DNA from: Elainella saxicola E1
Lineage (GTDB): Bacteria > Cyanobacteriota > Cyanobacteriia > Elainellales > Elainellaceae
Assembly: GCA_002796835.1 (NCBI GenBank)
Contig: LUGL01000023.1
Location: 24,385 to 73,268, forward strand
Reading direction: 5' to 3'
DNA: 48,884 nucleotides
A program made the translations under genes and the position numbers. Numbering within the stretch: position 1 is the first letter of the stretch; each line of letters begins with the position of its first letter. The notes below the pieces were generated by a model that did no database searches, was not told the origin of the DNA, and saw only the letters and a program-made list of their open reading frames with translations. Shown here in pieces: positions 45,176 to 48,884 of the stretch.

Positions 45176-46102
45176 ATGACGACTAAGGTCACAAACGATT
45201 CTCTTGCTTTGCAGTCCGATCGCAAAAAGCTGTGGCTGGCAGCGCTGATGCCGCCCATGTACAGCGTGGCGATTTTTCCAATTGCTCTGGGTACAGCGGT
45301 TGCTTTTGCGGCAACAGGCACTATTCACTGGGGAATCTTCCTGACGTTTTTGGTTTCGGCCATTTTGATTTTGGCCTGGGAGAATTTGAGTAACGATGTC
45401 TTTGACGCGGAGACGGGCATTGATGAGAATGAGCCAACCTCCCTGGTGAATCTGACTGGCAACAAAGCGTTGATCTTTTGGATCGGGAATCTCTTGTTGG
45501 CATTGGGAATTGCAGGCATTTTAGCGATCGCCTGGTGGCAGCAGGACTGGACAATCCTGGGATTAATTCTGCTGTGCTGTGGTTTAGGCTATGTTTACCA
45601 TGGTCCGCCTTTTCGTTTGGGCTATCAGGGGCTGGGCGAAATCCTCTGTTTTTTCAGCTTCGGTCCATTAGCCGTTTCAGCCGCTTATTACAGTCAAACT
45701 CAATCCTGGTCCAATATGGGTTTGATTGCATCGCTGATCTTGGGCATGAGCACCAGCCTGATTTTGTTTTGCTCTCACTTTCATCAGGTGGAAGATGATT
45801 TGGCTGCTGGCAAACGATCGCCCATTGTCCGACTGGGTACTCGGCGATCGGCTCAACTATTGCCCTGGTTAAGCGGCAGCATTTTTGCCTTAGCCGTCCT
45901 GTTTGTACTGCTGAAAGTTTTGCCGATCTGGACGCTGTTAATTTTGATCAGCTTACCGACGGCGCTGAGCCTCTGCCGTCATGCGGCTCGTTATCACGAT
46001 CAACCAGAGCGGGTTCGTAACTGTAAGTTTTTTGCGGTCTCTCTGCATTTCTGGAGTAGTTTACTGCTTTGTGCCGGATTTGTTTTGGCAGGTCTGTTCT
46101 AG
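45176..46102 (+). CDS. menA: 1,4-dihydroxy-2-naphthoate phytyl/prenyltransferase (UbiA family)
   Basis: 308 aa. Polytopic membrane protein with the UbiA-family Asp-rich motif NDVFDAETGID and a second motif region (...EDDLAAGKRS...). Confidence 0.8.
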   Translation: MTTKVTNDSLALQSDRKKLWLAALMPPMYSVAIFPIALGTAVAFAATGTIHWGIFLTFLVSAILILAWENLSNDVFDAETGIDENEPTSLVNLTGNKALIFWIGNLLLALGIAGILAIAWWQQDWTILGLILLCCGLGYVYHGPPFRLGYQGLGEILCFFSFGPLAVSAAYYSQTQSWSNMGLIASLILGMSTSLILFCSHFHQVEDDLAAGKRSPIVRLGTRRSAQLLPWLSGSIFALAVLFVLLKVLPIWTLLILISLPTALSLCRHAARYHDQPERVRNCKFFAVSLHFWSSLLLCAGFVLAGLF

Positions 46103-46155
46103 CTTGTGCAATTTCTTGATTAGACTTCGGGCCATTCCCTTTCATCGGCCAATTT

Positions 46156-46686
46156 ATGACTGAAATTCCTTCCCTGACTACGCTCGAATACTTGCCGTTT
46201 CTGGATCAGGCCGGTCAAATGACCGATCGGTTTGATCATAAGGTTGGTGTTTACGCAGTATTTGATGCCGATCGTACTTTGCAGTATGTAGGGTATTCGC
46301 GAGATGTCTCTTTAAGTTTGAAGCAACATTTAGTGAGCCATCCCCATCAATGTTATTGGCTCAAGGTCCAGACGATCGATCGGCCCAGCCGTACAGTGTT
46401 AGAAGAAATTCGTGCTGCTTGGATTGCCGAAAATGGTGCAGTACCCGATGGAAACGGTGCAGCAGAAGCCACTTGGACGCAACCGATTGACGCGAAGCAA
46501 TCTATGACGCTTGAAGAACAAACTGCCTATGCAGCAGGAGATGATCTGACCCGTGTTAAAACCCTCAAGCAGGTAGCGCGACGGGTCGAGACTGAAGTGC
46601 TGGCAGCGCTTGCTGATCGTGGAGTGACAATGCCGATTCGCTTTGATCCGAAGGCGAAAGAAGAAGGTCGGTTGAATTTGAAATAG
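46156..46686 (+). CDS. GIY-YIG domain protein
   Basis: 176 aa. GVYAVFDADRTLQYVGYSRDVSLSLKQH fits the GIY...YIG motif spacing. Confidence 0.55.
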   Translation: MTEIPSLTTLEYLPFLDQAGQMTDRFDHKVGVYAVFDADRTLQYVGYSRDVSLSLKQHLVSHPHQCYWLKVQTIDRPSRTVLEEIRAAWIAENGAVPDGNGAAEATWTQPIDAKQSMTLEEQTAYAAGDDLTRVKTLKQVARRVETEVLAALADRGVTMPIRFDPKAKEEGRLNLK

Positions 46687-46689
46687 CCG

Positions 46690-46723
46690 CAAAAATAAAA
46701 AAGGGTGAGTTTAACCCCACCCT
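46690..46723 (-). terminator. Rho-independent terminator downstream of rplL
   Basis: On the minus strand: AGGGTGgggttaaactCACCCT followed by TTTTTTATTTTT. Confidence 0.6.
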
Positions 46724-46752
46724 GCTCAATACTCAAGTGATAAGTACTGAAA

Positions 46753-47148
46753 TTACTTGATCGAAACCTTACCACCTGCTGCTTCGATCGCCTTCTTGGC
46801 TTCTTCAGCAACTTCTTTGGCAATACCTTCTTTGATCGGCTTCGGTGTAGATTCCACCAATTCCTTGGCTTCTTTCAAACCCAGCCCAGTCAGCTCACGT
46901 ACAGCCTTCAGAACAGCAATCTTCTTGTCGGCAGGAACTTCGTCAAGAATCACGTCGAATTCGGTCTTCTCTTCAACTTCTTCAGCCGGAGCCGCAGCAC
47001 CACCTGGAGCTGCCATCATCATCATGCCACCCGCAGGAGCCGCAGCGCTAACGCCGAATGCTTCCTCGATTTGCTTAACCAGTTCAGAGGCTTCCAGCAG
47101 CGTCAAAGTCTTTAGCTGTTCCAAAATTTCATCAGTTTTAGCAGACAT
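46753..47148 (-). CDS. rplL: 50S ribosomal protein L7/L12
   Basis: 131 aa. Ala/Gly-rich hinge and the conserved C-terminal domain [24 protein letters not shown]. Confidence 0.95.
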   Translation of the reverse strand: MSAKTDEILEQLKTLTLLEASELVKQIEEAFGVSAAAPAGGMMMMAAPGGAAAPAEEVEEKTEFDVILDEVPADKKIAVLKAVRELTGLGLKEAKELVESTPKPIKEGIAKEVAEEAKKAIEAAGGKVSIK

Positions 47149-47268
47149 TGGTTAACTCCTTAAAACAAATTTGTCTCGATTCAAACTTTTCTAGGTTTTG
47201 AGCTTGAGTTTTGAATTTTGGTCTAGTTTTGAATTCAGCCCTCAGTCCTCAAATACTCAGCACCTGTC

Positions 47269-47805
47269 CTACTCTTCAGCCTTGTCTTTGTCAGCATAGG
47301 CTTGTAAGGCACGAGCCAGCGAAGCAGGAACTTCGTTGATGCCAACGGCCAGCTTGGTTGCCACACCGTTGATCGCTCCGGCAATTTGAGCCATCAGCTG
47401 TTCCTTAGACGGCAGATCGGCAATCGCCTTCACATCAGCCTCAGTCAGGAGCCGCCCTTCCATTGCGCCACCACGAATTGCAATTGTCTTCTTCGTGGCT
47501 TTCTGGAATTCTTGATAGGCTTTGAGTGCACCGCCCAGATCATCCTTGAGCAGCAAAAAGGCAGAAGATTCTTTGCAGATCTCGCCCATGGGCTGCCAAT
47601 TGGGATCATCTTGCACCGCAATCCGCATCAGCGTATTTTTGGTGACTTTGCACTCAGCACCCTTGGGACGCAACCGCTTACGCAAGTCGGTAATTTCAGC
47701 AACGGTTAGACCTTTGTAATCAATTACAACCGCTAACTGAGACTGACTCAGGGTCTCCTTGAGTTCGGCGACGATCTCCTTTTTGTCTTCTAGCGTTCTT
47801 CCCAT
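47269..47805 (-). CDS. rplJ: 50S ribosomal protein L10
   Basis: 178 aa. Typical L10 N-terminus [17 protein letters not shown]...; gene order rplJ-rplL. Confidence 0.95.
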   Translation of the reverse strand: MGRTLEDKKEIVAELKETLSQSQLAVVIDYKGLTVAEITDLRKRLRPKGAECKVTKNTLMRIAVQDDPNWQPMGEICKESSAFLLLKDDLGGALKAYQEFQKATKKTIAIRGGAMEGRLLTEADVKAIADLPSKEQLMAQIAGAINGVATKLAVGINEVPASLARALQAYADKDKAEE

Positions 47806-48043
47806 ATGGGTATCACCTCCTTAAAAGTGGGAATTTAGCCAAACTTTGAATGCTGCCTCAACTGACCAATAAAAAACTCCGGACTAATCGACCGGAGCGC
47901 TGCAAACCTATCTTAAACCGGGTCAAAAGACCGATCGGTCAAGCATAGCGTTGTCTCACCTCGGCAGGAAATTAAGCGAATTGCACCTGCTGTCTCCGGT
48001 TGATGATTCAGTTGTAGAGAATGGTCAAGCTTTGAGAACTCCT
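47806..48043 (-). promoter_or_regulatory. rplJ leader region (expected site of the L10(L12)4 autoregulatory leader)
   Basis: 238-bp untranslated gap between rplA and rplJ. The assignment is by position and established operon architecture only; the structure was not folded. Confidence 0.35.
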
Positions 48044-48760
48044 TTAAGCAGCATCTGTAGTCTTCATATCACGCAGCGCGTTGATGTCAACTTCGATCGA
48101 AGGCCCCATCGTTGCAGCCACATAGATCGATCGCCAGTAACGGCCTTTCGCACCAGACGGACGGTTACGATCAATGGTTTCCTGCAAGGCTTTCAGGTTA
48201 GTCAGCAAATCTTCAGCGGAGAAGGAAGCTTTACCAAACAAGACATGCACAATCCCAGTCCGATCGGCCCGGAATTCTAACTTACCTGCCTTAAATTCTG
48301 AAATAGCTTGAGCCACGTCAAAGGTCACCGTACCGCCTTTGGGCGAAGGCATCAAACCACGCGGACCCAGCAAGCGACCTAATTTAGCAACCTGCGGCAT
48401 CATATCAGGTGTGGCGATCAGCACGTCGAAATCCAACATCCCTTTCTGGATCTCATCGATCAACTCTTCTGAGCCAGACCGATCGGCACCAGAGTTGGAC
48501 GCTTCAGTTACTTTTTCCCCGCGAGCAATCACGGCAACCCGAATCGTCTGACCCGTTCCTTTGGGCAATGCCACCGTTGTCCGTAACTGCTGATCGGTAT
48601 ACTTGGGATCAATGCCCAACCGGATATGAGCTTCAGCAGACTCTGGAAACTTGGCAGTAGCCGTTTCTTTCAGCAAATTCAGGGCTTCTAACGGCTCATA
48701 AGGCCGCTCTTCCACCTTTTTCTGCAGCTCCTGCAATCGACGCGATAATTTTTTAACCAT
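48044..48760 (-). CDS. rplA: 50S ribosomal protein L1
   Basis: 238 aa. [18 protein letters not shown]... and the conserved L1 core. Confidence 0.95.
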   Translation of the reverse strand: MVKKLSRRLQELQKKVEERPYEPLEALNLLKETATAKFPESAEAHIRLGIDPKYTDQQLRTTVALPKGTGQTIRVAVIARGEKVTEASNSGADRSGSEELIDEIQKGMLDFDVLIATPDMMPQVAKLGRLLGPRGLMPSPKGGTVTFDVAQAISEFKAGKLEFRADRTGIVHVLFGKASFSAEDLLTNLKALQETIDRNRPSGAKGRYWRSIYVAATMGPSIEVDINALRDMKTTDAA

Positions 48761-48852
48761 GTTTGATTCTCCTGGGGTCCGATCGAGCCATTGCTCTCCC
48801 CCGCTAACTAACTAAATAATTAATCCGTAACGATCCAATCCGCCAAAAATCA

Positions 48853-48884
48853 ACCCGTAACCGTAACGCCCATATTGCGAGCGG
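48853..48884 (-). CDS. rplK: 3' end of rplK (ribosomal protein L11); the gene continues beyond the window
   Basis: Minus-strand frame reads ...ARNMGVTVTG then TGA (stop at 48850-48852), resembling the L11 C-terminus (TARSMG(L/V)xV..). Supported by the rplK-rplA-rplJ-rplL order. Only ~10 codons are visible. Confidence 0.4.

Overview
The window is a 48.9-kb chromosomal segment from a cyanobacterium, probably a filamentous type, judging by the very frequent HIP1 octamer GCGATCGC and CGATCG and by the gene content. Left to right: 3' end of a possible DUF1822 gene; a CHAT (caspase-like) / Ser-Thr kinase fusion with a duplicated C-terminal module; a stand-alone DUF4351 ORF; a c-type-heme (DUF3365/Tll0287-like)-HAMP sensor with no output domain; a secreted internalin-like LRR protein; a frameshifted RTX calcium-binding repeat gene; a 1849-aa CBS-GAF-PAS(x7)-GAF-HisKA-HATPase-REC hybrid kinase; msrP. 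A complete kdp locus (kdpA-kdpB-kdpG-like-kdpC-short kdpD, minus strand) has a divergent Hik20/Rre19-like two-component pair (membrane histidine kinase plus NarL-type regulator). The kdpABGC block is bracketed by two copies of a ~125-bp palindromic element whose arms are swapped and inverted between copies while the central loop stays in direct orientation. Next come a basic small protein, a GAF histidine kinase, a flotillin, tex, a PPC-domain protein, a DUF3172-like protein with an SRYSDS repeat, and a CPA1 Na+/H+ antiporter. An accessory-looking island follows: DUF4058, vapBC, a ~350-bp STRR/iteron-like 21-bp (3x7) tandem array, a DUF4347/class-A beta-lactamase-like fusion, and an NTF2-like protein. 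The window ends with an ABC exporter, menF, a cytochrome P450, menA (divergent), a GIY-YIG protein and the rplK(3' end)-rplA-rplJ-rplL ribosomal cluster. No rRNA, tRNA or CRISPR array was recognised. The most unusual items are the swapped-arm palindromic pair around kdp, the CHAT-kinase fusion, the DUF4347/beta-lactamase fusion, the tandem 21-bp array, and the P450 between the men genes.
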